Translations under genes and position numbers: made by a program | Part shown: piece after piece, positions 8,803 to 18,405 of the stretch | How the letters are laid out: every line of letters begins with the position of its first letter | How positions within the stretch are numbered: the first letter of the stretch is position 1 | Notes under the pieces: generated by a model | The model's database searches: none | What the model saw: only the letters and a program-made list of their open reading frames with translations | Told to the model about the DNA's origin: nothing | Virus record (IMG/VR): IMGVR_UViG_3300014201_000016 | Location: 1-38,734 of that record | Reading direction: 5' to 3' (one strand) | Source: a virus | Lineage: Duplodnaviria > Caudoviricetes | Length of the DNA: 38,734 bases

Positions 8803-8847
8803 TATAATGACGAAGCCAGAAAAGCGCGTTAACGCTCATCTGGCTTC
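8803..8847 (+). promoter_or_regulatory. possible -10 box and leader hairpin of the counter-oriented cassette
   Basis: TATAAT at 8803-8808; 9-bp stem gaagccaga (8812-8820)/tctggcttc (8839-8847); -35 is poor. Confidence 0.4.
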
Positions 8848-8876
8848 TAACCACCAACGCAAGGATATTTGCATCA

Positions 8877-9158
8877 ATGGCTAAATCGAATCTTACCATT
8901 TCGGTCTCTCTTTTCCTTTCAGTATTGCTCGTAGGATGCGCTGCTAAGCCAACCATCTGGGATAAGCCCGGCGCTACTCAAGAAGCCTTCAGTCGAGATA
9001 AATACCAGTGTCTGCAAGAGACGGCTGATTCCGGTAATTACACCGCTGTCGGTCCTCTGATGTTCATCGCGATAGCTCATGATCAAGCCATGAAGCGCCA
9101 ACAGGCCATGTTTAATGCCTGCATGGAAGCGCATGGCTATGTAGCCGAGGCGAAGTAA
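8877..9158 (+). CDS. lipoprotein, superinfection-exclusion candidate
   Basis: Lipobox LLVGC; W.KPGAT...F..D..QC...FNACM.A.GY; opposite strand to the virion operon. Confidence 0.75.
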   Translation: MAKSNLTISVSLFLSVLLVGCAAKPTIWDKPGATQEAFSRDKYQCLQETADSGNYTAVGPLMFIAIAHDQAMKRQQAMFNACMEAHGYVAEAK

Positions 9159-9159
9159 C

Positions 9160-9321
9160 ATGATCTGGATATTCGCCGCCAACGCTGCCTACGCTGCTAG
9201 CGGCGCTGCTGGCTACGCCGCAGTGGTGCTGGTCCTATGCTTTCAGTGCCACAATATTATCCCAGGCACGGAATCTCCCGGGCGGAAAGAGATAGGCGTT
9301 AGCCATCGAGTGCTCTCATGA
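9160..9321 (+). CDS. small protein with an Ala-rich segment (53 aa)
   Basis: MIWIFAANAAYAASGAAGYAAVVLVLCF...; starts just after the lipoprotein stop and is ATGA-coupled to the next ORF. Confidence 0.4.
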   Translation: MIWIFAANAAYAASGAAGYAAVVLVLCFQCHNIIPGTESPGRKEIGVSHRVLS

Positions 9322-9437
9322 TCTGGTTATTCCTTCTCGGGATCATTGCTTTAGCGGTGTACAACAGAGGCTTTCGGAGAGTCTTACTCTGGACCTCTCC
9401 GATATGGATCGTCATGGCGTTGGTTGCGTGGGGCTAA
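9318..9437 (+). CDS. 39-aa two-TM membrane peptide
   Basis: MIWLFLLGIIALAVYNRGFRRVLLWTSPIWIVMALVAWG. Confidence 0.55.
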   Translation: MIWLFLLGIIALAVYNRGFRRVLLWTSPIWIVMALVAWG

Positions 9438-11334
9438 CGATATCGGAGAGCTTTGAGAGTCCAGCCCCCGGAGCTAGAACGCGCTTAGCAAAGTTCCGTT
9501 CTGCGATTCCCTTGATGACCGGCATCCCGAGCCCCATCGTCTTGGCATTGATCGCGGCTCCTCCGATCTCTTGAGCAACTCCGGTCGCTGCATTCCTCAG
9601 CACTCCCGATTTGGAGTAATTCACGAAATTACCCGGAGGAGGAACCTTGGCATTCGTAATAACGCGGCCTAGAGACTCTAGGGAGTTCTGCGTATCTGGA
9701 CTCACCAATGACTTGAGCTTCGGCCCAAGTTTCTGCAATGCTCGGTTATAGCCGTTAGCTGACACAGTCCCGTTAGGGGTTATGGCTGAATCTCGAATAG
9801 TGCTCAGGGCATGAGAAGCAACCGCTTGCTGTGCTTCTGGACCGAGTTTGCTCATCATCAGATCAAGATTAGCCTTGGGAGCTCCTAGAGCATACTTGTC
9901 CAGGAATTTATCAGCCAAAGGCGAAGGCGCACCGACCTTAGCTGAATCATTGACCGCTGCTTGATAGGCGGGATCAGCGTCCAGCGCATCGAACCTGGCC
10001 TTAGCTGCCGCTCTCGCGGAATTCGCTAATCCCTTCAGGCCTGCGGCTTGAGGAGAAAGTGGGAGCTGCTCGAGCTGATTGCGGATAATTCCAGACGCCG
10101 CTGCTTCACTTCCTCCATTTCTCTGGGCTTCGGCCAATCTTGTTCTGGCCGCCTCGAAACCCTCGAAATCCAGAGGCTCACCATCTCTCAGGCTATTGAG
10201 AAGTGATTTGGCAGCAGGAGGAACACTATCGGTCAAGTATTGCTTCTTGAGTTGTGCATCCACATTACTCAGGAACTGACCGGTATCTAGGGGTACGCTT
10301 CCGCCATTGGCATCCGTCAGAGCTTTGTATTTCGCACTGATATCAGCCTTGATCGGTTGATCGTAAGCCTTCAAGGCATCGACTGCGATCTGGCCATTCT
10401 GAATCGGATTGTTCTGGACCGTCGTCGGACCGGCTTCCTGACGAATGTTGTCCAGCGCGTCCGTCATCTGCTGCTCTTGATCAACCCTCCGTTTCATAAT
10501 TGCAGGATTGGTACTGTTCTGCTCATTGGAAAAGGTCGTCGGATCTCGTGTCGCCTGCCCCTCCATGAGCTGTACTCCGTGCTGTTCCGCCTCAATGTGG
10601 TTGGCCAGGGCATCCACATTCACCGCACCACCAGTCTTATTTGCAGCTTCGACCACAGCCTGCTGTAACTGGGGACTTGTTCCCTGGAGATTGGGGGCAG
10701 TAGCAGCCGCAGAGGTCGATAAGGGCGAACTCTGCGCAGTTCGATTAACGATCTCCTGAGGACTCAGGGGCGGATTGACAAAGTTTCGAACCGCATCGAC
10801 TCCTGTTCCGACCGCTCGAGTACCAGCACCAAGAGCGCTTCCAGCGCCTCTCGCTAAATCGCCAGCCGCTGCGAATTCCTCGTTAGCCCCAAATGCCTGT
10901 ACTCCAGTATCGGCAAGAGTAGCCAGAAGTGGGGAACCGGTATCCTGCTGGATAACATCTCCCACCCCTTTTCCAACGCGCCCAGGCCACGTTAGAGGGT
11001 TGTAGGGCGATGCCATAACCTCCTGGGTTCTGGGATTCATACCGGTAGTAAACCGCGCTTGAGTCTCCTTGATGTCTTGGGCGGCCTTCCTTAATCCCTG
11101 TCCTGTAGCAAGATCCCACAAACCCTGATATCCGGCCCCGACAGAGGCGAGTGTCCCCGTAACCGTGGAAAGACCGGCCTGGAGCGGGCTGAATGACCCT
11201 TTGTCCTGACTCTGTACCGTAGTCGATTTACCCGCAGCGGCAGCCGCCATGGCATCTCCCACCGGGTCAGACGACTGCGGGGCATATTGTCCAGCCGCAG
11301 AGGCCATAGCGTCATCTACCGGGTCACTGGCCAT
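9412..11334 (-). CDS. ejection (DNA transfer) protein, P22 gp16 position
   Basis: 640-aa Ala/Gln/Gly-rich helical protein, last of three internal-virion-like genes before the tailspikes. Confidence 0.65.
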   Translation of the reverse strand: MASDPVDDAMASAAGQYAPQSSDPVGDAMAAAAAGKSTTVQSQDKGSFSPLQAGLSTVTGTLASVGAGYQGLWDLATGQGLRKAAQDIKETQARFTTGMNPRTQEVMASPYNPLTWPGRVGKGVGDVIQQDTGSPLLATLADTGVQAFGANEEFAAAGDLARGAGSALGAGTRAVGTGVDAVRNFVNPPLSPQEIVNRTAQSSPLSTSAAATAPNLQGTSPQLQQAVVEAANKTGGAVNVDALANHIEAEQHGVQLMEGQATRDPTTFSNEQNSTNPAIMKRRVDQEQQMTDALDNIRQEAGPTTVQNNPIQNGQIAVDALKAYDQPIKADISAKYKALTDANGGSVPLDTGQFLSNVDAQLKKQYLTDSVPPAAKSLLNSLRDGEPLDFEGFEAARTRLAEAQRNGGSEAAASGIIRNQLEQLPLSPQAAGLKGLANSARAAAKARFDALDADPAYQAAVNDSAKVGAPSPLADKFLDKYALGAPKANLDLMMSKLGPEAQQAVASHALSTIRDSAITPNGTVSANGYNRALQKLGPKLKSLVSPDTQNSLESLGRVITNAKVPPPGNFVNYSKSGVLRNAATGVAQEIGGAAINAKTMGLGMPVIKGIAERNFAKRVLAPGAGLSKLSDIVSPTQPTP

Positions 11335-12850
11335 TCACCAGACCCATTAACGTTCGGCGCTTCTGGAGGAGTTCAGCCATACCCTTTCGACCTTCATCGG
11401 CCTCGATATTAGCGAGCTCCGCCTTGTCGCCACGTTTAAAGGCGTTCTCGTAGGCAAAGACTTGGGGATCGAAGTTCTGCGCCCAGGCCGATCTATAAGC
11501 CTGGTAGGCCCCGTAATTAGGGGTCTGGCCTGTTCCTACAACTCGATCCAATCCCGCCCTGTACGCCCCCGTAGCGCTCTGTAGAGCGTCTACGAACTTA
11601 GTCTTGTCCTTGATGACCTGGTTGTTGTACTGGGTATTTCCAGTGAACTGCTTAGCCGTTTCAAGCCCAGCATTGGTTGTCGGTAATCCCATGGTCTGGG
11701 AGGCTAAAGCGGCTTGCCGGTCTAGGAAGGCCCCTAGCTCCTGATAAGCAGAACCGGTTGGGAGACCCGCTGTAGCTGCGGCCTGATGGATGAATTCCGT
11801 TCCCTTACCAGTGCTAGTCTGATCCGCGAGACTCAGGATGCGTCTATTGATGTCTCGATTTACGGGAACCTGATCCCCAGCTTGCCGAGCAGAATCTATC
11901 TGGGCTTGGATGACCTTTTGATCCGCTACTGGCTGCCATCCTCCCGAGGGACTAGCCCCTGGCGGAGCGGTCGGGGGAGCCGCTCCGGAAGCAGGAGGCG
12001 CGCCGGGCTGTATAGGAATCGGGTTCAATCCATATTCGCCACCTATCGCCGCTGGGCCCCCTGTTGTGGGATTGGGAATAACTTGCGGTGGTAACGAATT
12101 CTTGACGCTCGTAATGGGTTGCTGTCCAGGCGAAAAACCTTCTGATGGGCTGACATTGAATAACTTGGTAGTCCCTCCTGCTGATACGGCCGTCGGTCTC
12201 GGGTATTGAGCCGCCTGTTGCTCTGAGGCACTCTGCCCGAGCATTTGGACCTGGGCGATAGCTCCGGCTAGATGTCCCTGTGGCACATTATCTAGCTGCG
12301 GCTTATAGATCGCCGCGATCCTAGCGGCATCGGGACTCAGCTTTGAGAAGTTAGCCAGGAAATTATCCGCCTTGGCCCTTCCAGCATTGATTCCAGTCTC
12401 GGGATCAGTCTGATCGGCCTGGACATCCTTGTCTTTGGCTAAAGCTCCAATCTGACTGGTAAAGGTCCCCAGAACCGTATTATTGAGCTGTGCCAGAGCT
12501 TGCTTGTTCTGAAGCTGTCCCTGTTTGATCTTCAGAAGATTATCGATAATTGCTGGTTTCCCAGGACCTGCATTCTTGAAGTCTGGACTCGAGAAAGCAC
12601 TTCCTAGATCGACTGTTCCATCATCATCGATATGCTGAGTCGGGTCCCAGTCCTTGAAGAACTGGGCAGATTCCTGCTGGCCCTGGGCTCCAATCTGGGC
12701 GGTCGTAGCGGTAGCTTGAGCGGTTTGTAATCCTGCCTGGCCGGTCTGTAAAGCTAACTGTTGCTGCTTGATCCCAAGAAGCGAAGAAATCGTGTTAAGC
12801 CCCTGCATCGGGTTCGGAGGCTGAACCATCGCACCTACGGGTGGGACCAT
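11324..12850 (-). CDS. ejection protein, P22 gp20 position
   Basis: 508-aa Gln/Ala-rich protein; synteny. Confidence 0.65.
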   Translation of the reverse strand: MVPPVGAMVQPPNPMQGLNTISSLLGIKQQQLALQTGQAGLQTAQATATTAQIGAQGQQESAQFFKDWDPTQHIDDDGTVDLGSAFSSPDFKNAGPGKPAIIDNLLKIKQGQLQNKQALAQLNNTVLGTFTSQIGALAKDKDVQADQTDPETGINAGRAKADNFLANFSKLSPDAARIAAIYKPQLDNVPQGHLAGAIAQVQMLGQSASEQQAAQYPRPTAVSAGGTTKLFNVSPSEGFSPGQQPITSVKNSLPPQVIPNPTTGGPAAIGGEYGLNPIPIQPGAPPASGAAPPTAPPGASPSGGWQPVADQKVIQAQIDSARQAGDQVPVNRDINRRILSLADQTSTGKGTEFIHQAAATAGLPTGSAYQELGAFLDRQAALASQTMGLPTTNAGLETAKQFTGNTQYNNQVIKDKTKFVDALQSATGAYRAGLDRVVGTGQTPNYGAYQAYRSAWAQNFDPQVFAYENAFKRGDKAELANIEADEGRKGMAELLQKRRTLMGLVNGQ

Positions 12851-12873
12851 GTCGACTATGGCTTTATCCTCCG

Positions 12874-13656
12874 CTAACCTGAGTTAGCAAAAGCGATCTG
12901 ATCGGGCGTCATAGCAGGCAGATTCTGGCTATTACCGCCGCCGTATAGCAGGGAGCCCAGAAGAGCTCCATTGATCCCGCTAGTGATCCCGCCCCCAATT
13001 GAACTCGTTGCCCCTACCGTACCTCCAGCCTGGGCTATGCCGATGTTAGAAGCGCTCTGGGCCTGTTGATTCGCGAGTGAGGTTCCCGATGTCGCTTCTT
13101 GACCAGCCGCTGCCTGACCGAGCTGCGCGACATTAGCCAAGCGGTTGTAGGTGTTCTGCTGTTGGGTCTGGTACTGACCGAAAGCATTGTTGAAAGCCGT
13201 ATTCGCATAGTTCTGATTAAAGCTGGTCAAGTCCTTCAATGCAGCCCCGGACAAAGCACCTTGGGAAGTCGCGTCCTCGTTCAATACTCCTTGCTGCCCT
13301 TGCTGCAACTGGAACTGATACGCAGGGCTGTACTGCTGCATGTATGCCGCAGTGAAGGGCTGGTTCAACGAACCATATCCCCCAGCAGGGGAGCTTGAGG
13401 CGGTCGGCGCAACTCCGCCCCCTCCTGCGGTCCCTGGAGTCCCGATACCTTGGAGGTAATTAAGCTGTCCTAGAGCCCCATAACCGCTCTGGAGGTATGG
13501 AGCCTCCTGACCGGTAATGGTATTGAACTCATTGAGCGAGATCGCCTGAGCGTTCTTGTCAGCGCTAGCTTCGGTACCAGCAGCGGACTCCGCCCCGGCT
13601 GCACTAATGCCACCTGCGACAATGGCCCCTCCCGCAATGGCGGCAGCTACGCACAC
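12874..13656 (-). CDS. ejection protein, P22 gp7-like
   Basis: Gly/Ala N-terminus, APYLQSG..AL, SPAYQFQLQQG, GALSGAALK.L..FNQNYA. Confidence 0.8.
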   Translation of the reverse strand: MCVAAAIAGGAIVAGGISAAGAESAAGTEASADKNAQAISLNEFNTITGQEAPYLQSGYGALGQLNYLQGIGTPGTAGGGGVAPTASSSPAGGYGSLNQPFTAAYMQQYSPAYQFQLQQGQQGVLNEDATSQGALSGAALKDLTSFNQNYANTAFNNAFGQYQTQQQNTYNRLANVAQLGQAAAGQEATSGTSLANQQAQSASNIGIAQAGGTVGATSSIGGGITSGINGALLGSLLYGGGNSQNLPAMTPDQIAFANSG

Positions 13657-14120
13657 AGTCTCTTCTCCATGACGATATCGTCTCCGACGTAACCCATTGC
13701 CTTTAACACCTCATAGACGGGTCCGTTGAAGTGGACCGGCCATCCAATGACTTCAGCTCCAGCTTCCCGCATTGCCTTTTCCCACTTGGAGATGGCTATA
13801 CCGGTATAGGAGCGATACTCAGGCTCGATATAGACCGAATCTCCTCCGCCTACCTTGATCTTCTTGTGATGGGCACTCTGATACACACAGCCCACCACAT
13901 AGCCTCTTAAGCCCTCATCTCTCAGAGTCACGACAATGAGGGACTTCTTATCGACCAGCTTTCGGTATTGTTCGAGATCAGGCTCGATATCGAACTCCCT
14001 GGAACCATAGAAAGCACAAGTCTCAGCCTTGAAGTCCGTACTTTCCTGCCAGCACTTCCTAGCAAGCGGTAGAAGTTCCTCGAACAGTTCCAGGGTGAAA
14101 GGCTCTACCTCGATCCTCAT
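13647..14120 (-). CDS. GNAT-fold acetyltransferase-like protein (P22 gp14 position)
   Basis: DSVYIEPEYR motif and GNAT-like C-terminus (EVLKAMGY); lies between tail hub and ejection genes. Confidence 0.7.
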   Translation of the reverse strand: MRIEVEPFTLELFEELLPLARKCWQESTDFKAETCAFYGSREFDIEPDLEQYRKLVDKKSLIVVTLRDEGLRGYVVGCVYQSAHHKKIKVGGGDSVYIEPEYRSYTGIAISKWEKAMREAGAEVIGWPVHFNGPVYEVLKAMGYVGDDIVMEKRLCA

Positions 14121-14455
14121 AGCGGCGCAAATGTCATTGTGGGAGCACCCGAATACGTCACGATCAAGATATCTCCAGCTCCCACCGGGAACATTCCGGA
14201 GGTTTGTCCGGTGATATATGCGGTACTAGATCGCGTATAGGTGACTTGAGAGACGCTTCCACCTTGGATGATTACCGTCCCTCCCCTCGGAGCCGTATAC
14301 GTGAAGGGAGAGGCTTTCACAGTAATCGTCGTTTCAGCAGAAGGAGGATTACCTGTGTGGATATCGTTCATGAAACGATAATAAGCAGCACTGGTTTCCC
14401 CTTTCTGGATCAGATTCTCTTTGTAAGTCGGGACAGCCCTCCACTGCCGAGTCAC
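14117..14455 (-). CDS. small tail protein
   Basis: 112 aa with SPFTYTAP...GD.L.VTYS.APTM C-terminus; follows the gp10-like gene. Confidence 0.65.
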   Translation of the reverse strand: MTRQWRAVPTYKENLIQKGETSAAYYRFMNDIHTGNPPSAETTITVKASPFTYTAPRGGTVIIQGGSVSQVTYTRSSTAYITGQTSGMFPVGAGDILIVTYSGAPTMTFAPL

Positions 14456-16215
14456 GATCCGTATTCCATGTAACAGGTAGCTCCAATAACGTCTCGAGCT
14501 ACAGGATCGGTGAAAGTCATCTCCCAGACTCGATCTCTGCCCTGGTTATGTCCCAGGAGATACCAAATGGCTCTGTTAGTGGTTTCTCCCGCAGCTCCTA
14601 TCGTCACCCACTGCTCATCGCTCCAAGTGAAACCACCGTCATCGGACCATCTCAACATGGCTTGAGGATTGACTCCTTGCCCTGACTGCAATCCCACACC
14701 AGGAGTGAATTCGATCTGGAGTTGAGAAAAGAATACTCTCTGACGGTTGTCCTTCTGCCACACGTGAGGACTACGACGTAGAGCCCTCAGAGGATTTCCA
14801 GCATCCGTGTAGTACTGGCGGCTCATCTGATGAAACTGACCAGTTTGATAATCCCCCACAATACGAACGTCAGCAAAATCCATGAAGCAATTACCACGGT
14901 GACGATGATAAGTACCCGTAGAGGAGTTATACGAGAGTCGTTTGTGCCACCCATACTTCCCTTGTGATCCTATCCATGTCGTGTAATCCAAGCACCATGT
15001 GATATCAGCGGTCGGGAAGGTCAGCATGTAGAACAAATGCCCTTCCTCTTCATACGCATATCCAATGGCATCGTTTATCACGGGATATCCTGAAATAGCG
15101 TGTTCCACGGCATGAGTTGAGACTCTCTGCCAGGAGTATTGATTGGTCGTAACGACTACGTTTTCACCCTGCTCGTTCTTCGCCAACCAGATCAATACAC
15201 TTCCCAATCGGGTCAATGAAGCGAAAGCAGAACAACCTATTTGAGGTCCTACTCCAGGGATTCTGGAGAAGTAGAAGTTCTGCAATCCCGATCCATACCA
15301 AACCTCAGAAGTCCTTTCTCCGATCAACCACAGTTCTCTGTTATTGGCCTGTAGGGTTATCAGATTGTCCGTGCTGGAGTCCTTCAAGGAATAAAAGGCG
15401 CCAGGCATGAGAATCTGATAAGCGGTGGGACCCGTCGTAAAAAACGTCCGGGTCCCGGGTTGGTTGAATATGAGCCACCCCTCGATAAATTCGACCCGCT
15501 GTGCACCCAAGAAACCAGGATCGGTGATCTGCCCGAAGGCAGGAATCGTCAATGTAATCGCTTCAGACGCATTGGTGTTCGTCGCATTGTTCGACATCGT
15601 CAGTGTCAACCCGATGGTATCGACCGACTTCACCAATGTATTCGCAGGGATATATCCTGACGCATCCGTCAGGATGCCACCGCTGGAGACTATGAGTCCG
15701 TTAGGTAGTGAACCAGGAAAGGTTACTGTGGGTAATCCACTCTGAACCCCTCCGGTAAAGGTATTTACATAGGGGGTTCCAGAGAGCAGATAGTAGTAAC
15801 AATAGGTTCCATCGACTATGACGGCATAGCCACCTAATCCGTTGACTAAGACTCCATTGTCTCTGATACACACCGGGCCGTTATTCGTCAGTAACGTTCC
15901 TACTTGTGTTACGGCGAACTGAGGTATCGAGGTCTGTGTCGCTGGAACAGTTACAGTGACCAGATAGACAATATTCGAGACCACAACGATGGCTTGTTGG
16001 CCACCTGGGAGAACCCAACATCCTCTGGCTTGGCCCATAGTCGTCGAGAATAGGGGATTAAGACCTGGCGCCCCCAGCATGGCAATGGGTTCTTTCGCCT
16101 TCGGCTCCGCAGACATCTCGACGTAGTAGTTGATCGCATCCTGGGCATCCTGGAGGGTCATCGGCATCTGACTGGAATCACCAACGAATCCGAAGTCAGA
16201 ACCCTGAAAGGTCAC
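14452..16215 (-). CDS. tail hub / DNA stabilisation protein, P22 gp10-like
   Basis: ELWLIGERTSEVW, IGCSA..S, YEEEGHLFYMLTFP...TW..D, PQAMLRWSDDGG.TWS, RDRVWE. Confidence 0.9.
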   Translation of the reverse strand: MTFQGSDFGFVGDSSQMPMTLQDAQDAINYYVEMSAEPKAKEPIAMLGAPGLNPLFSTTMGQARGCWVLPGGQQAIVVVSNIVYLVTVTVPATQTSIPQFAVTQVGTLLTNNGPVCIRDNGVLVNGLGGYAVIVDGTYCYYYLLSGTPYVNTFTGGVQSGLPTVTFPGSLPNGLIVSSGGILTDASGYIPANTLVKSVDTIGLTLTMSNNATNTNASEAITLTIPAFGQITDPGFLGAQRVEFIEGWLIFNQPGTRTFFTTGPTAYQILMPGAFYSLKDSSTDNLITLQANNRELWLIGERTSEVWYGSGLQNFYFSRIPGVGPQIGCSAFASLTRLGSVLIWLAKNEQGENVVVTTNQYSWQRVSTHAVEHAISGYPVINDAIGYAYEEEGHLFYMLTFPTADITWCLDYTTWIGSQGKYGWHKRLSYNSSTGTYHRHRGNCFMDFADVRIVGDYQTGQFHQMSRQYYTDAGNPLRALRRSPHVWQKDNRQRVFFSQLQIEFTPGVGLQSGQGVNPQAMLRWSDDGGFTWSDEQWVTIGAAGETTNRAIWYLLGHNQGRDRVWEMTFTDPVARDVIGATCYMEYGS

Positions 16216-17213
16216 ACGAACCCTCCATTGACTATGAACGAAGCGTCTGTGTGTCTGCTGTAGATGAGATCGGAGTCATATCTCAATGTAACTACAGGAT
16301 CGACGTTCAGGTTCTTGAGAAGCATCTTGGCTTCTTTGGCCTGAGTGATCAGTAGAGGACTCGGAGTCTTTCCGAACATCGGACACAGCTCCAGTCCCCA
16401 TAGCTTCTTTAGTGCTCGGTTGTATCCTTGGGGTAGATTAATCTGCTGAGTGAGACTCGTGAACTCAGCCAGGATGTAGTCGGTGAATAGATATGCTTGT
16501 CCTGTAATGGAAGGATTGGGATACACCCAGATCGTTCCATAAGGGAAAGTGGGTTGATACGCAGCTACATACGGCCAAGGCCCCGGAACAGTCTTCAGTC
16601 CAATTTCCTTGTAGCGCTCAAAGGACTGGAAGTCCAGAAAGTAATCTAATCCAGCCGCTGCAGAAGTAGTAATTCGGGTAAAGCTAGTCCGACACCTTAG
16701 AGGTCGCGGGATACAAAAATTACCAGGAACCGTATAAGTAAAAGTATCAATACTAGAAGTAGTAGCAGTGGCATTTGCACTCACCGTGACCGTATTGGCT
16801 CCGGCATTGACTGAAACTATGGTCGTTCCTGCAGGGAGAGCATTGTAGAAATCGGTAATGGTTCCACCTGTTTCCGCTCCCGATCCGTTGATCCCGAAGG
16901 TAATGTCCAAGGAGGCGACATTAGTCACTCCGGTGATGACTGGACTTCCCAGAGTGCAGTAACCTGCGAAGGGAGCAGAGGCAGTAGGATTTCCGACCGT
17001 GTACTGATACTGACCTGAAGTCCAGGTAAAGATGTTCTCGTTCTGCGTGAAGATGAAGGCTTGATCGTTGGATAAGGACTCCAGTAGATCATTGCCGGCC
17101 TGCATCGCAGTCGATGCGATCGTATTACTTACGGGTTGTCCAGGGCTATAAGCGTTGATGTTCAGCAGTGCGCCTAACATCAGATCATTAGCAGTAGTGG
17201 TTACATATCCCAT
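16212..17213 (-). CDS. head-tail adaptor (gp4 position) with inserted domain
   Basis: TANDL...AL..I...G, IWVYPNP, LPQGYNRAL...LELCP.FG. Confidence 0.75.
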   Translation of the reverse strand: MGYVTTTANDLMLGALLNINAYSPGQPVSNTIASTAMQAGNDLLESLSNDQAFIFTQNENIFTWTSGQYQYTVGNPTASAPFAGYCTLGSPVITGVTNVASLDITFGINGSGAETGGTITDFYNALPAGTTIVSVNAGANTVTVSANATATTSSIDTFTYTVPGNFCIPRPLRCRTSFTRITTSAAAGLDYFLDFQSFERYKEIGLKTVPGPWPYVAAYQPTFPYGTIWVYPNPSITGQAYLFTDYILAEFTSLTQQINLPQGYNRALKKLWGLELCPMFGKTPSPLLITQAKEAKMLLKNLNVDPVVTLRYDSDLIYSRHTDASFIVNGGFV

Positions 17214-17216
17214 GTG

Positions 17217-18398
17217 TCACATCGGAGGTTCGTTGTAAGCCGTTGCAAGTAGGTTATCCCCAACCACCGAGAACGTAATCGGCATCCCTTGGACTATGAC
17301 AGTGTTCGGTGCTAAGGACTGTGCAATCACAGTTCCTGCAATAGGACTCTTGGCCTTTACCTCGACCGGTGTCTGAGGGGCTAGACCTAGGAGTGCCGCT
17401 AGAGCCGTTGCAGTGTAATAGTCCATCCCGACGAAGTTCGGCATGCTGCCGGAAACAAACCACGTGAGATTGGCATTCCCTGGCGTCTCTACAAAAACCC
17501 CTCCGGAGGCCACCATGATATAAGCAGAAGCCCCGGAGAGAATTACGTTCTGTCCAAAGAGCGCGAACTGTCCGTAATTCGGATAGATACTCAGTTGTGA
17601 GATCGCTTGAGCACCGACGAAGTCGAAAGCTCCTGGATTCGCGAGTAACGTGAATCCAATCCCAGTATTCCAAGTGAGTGTCGCCGCTATGCCTGTGAGA
17701 GCAAACGATCCATAAGCACAGCTCAGACTGTAGTTGCTACTCGCCGTCGCATAGTACGTACATAGAGCTGCAGCCCATTTACCGCTGAAGGTCGTCGTGC
17801 CCCAACTGACCGTAACGGCTGAGGTCCCAGAGGACTGCACTTGATAGTCGGCGTCTCCACAGCTATCACTGGTATTGGATGGGTTGTAGAAGGACGTGAA
17901 CGTCCCAGGGCCCCCGGTAGGAGGGAAGGTCCCACCGTTTCCTAAAGACCCACCAGCCAGAACCGGGATTAGCACCTCATTCGCATTCGCCAGTGCGCTT
18001 GTGGGCCCAACGCTCGGCGTGGTGCTATTGGCCCCTCCGGTTGCCGTTTGATCCAGTGTGAGGGGAGGGAACTCTATGAGTTCCGTCGTACCATAAAGAT
18101 CAGCTTTGGTACCGCTGGGAATCGTAACGGTACAACTGTGACTCCCAGCCGTAGCGTTCGCGAGTCTCGCGAGAATGACGACCGCGAGGCCGCCTTCCTC
18201 GAAATAACCATCCTGGGTGTAAGTCGTCCCATCGCTGACTGTGAATCCACCACCGGTGGGCGCTGAGCCATCGGTGAATATCACGCTTGTGAGCGAGATC
18301 AGCGTATTGCCGGCGGTCACACCCGTCAGAGATGCAGTTGCCGTATAAGTGTGAGCAAAAGTCGCAAGGGATGAGTTCTGGACCGGATTCAGACTCAT
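17217..18398 (-). CDS. virion protein with C-terminal PASTA-like domain
   Basis: Ser/Thr-rich beta protein ending MPNFVGMDYYTA...LGL...GTVIAQSLAPNTVIVQGMPITFSV. Confidence 0.7.
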   Translation of the reverse strand: MSLNPVQNSSLATFAHTYTATASLTGVTAGNTLISLTSVIFTDGSAPTGGGFTVSDGTTYTQDGYFEEGGLAVVILARLANATAGSHSCTVTIPSGTKADLYGTTELIEFPPLTLDQTATGGANSTTPSVGPTSALANANEVLIPVLAGGSLGNGGTFPPTGGPGTFTSFYNPSNTSDSCGDADYQVQSSGTSAVTVSWGTTTFSGKWAAALCTYYATASSNYSLSCAYGSFALTGIAATLTWNTGIGFTLLANPGAFDFVGAQAISQLSIYPNYGQFALFGQNVILSGASAYIMVASGGVFVETPGNANLTWFVSGSMPNFVGMDYYTATALAALLGLAPQTPVEVKAKSPIAGTVIAQSLAPNTVIVQGMPITFSVVGDNLLATAYNEPPM

Positions 18399-18405
18399 TT
18401 AAGTC

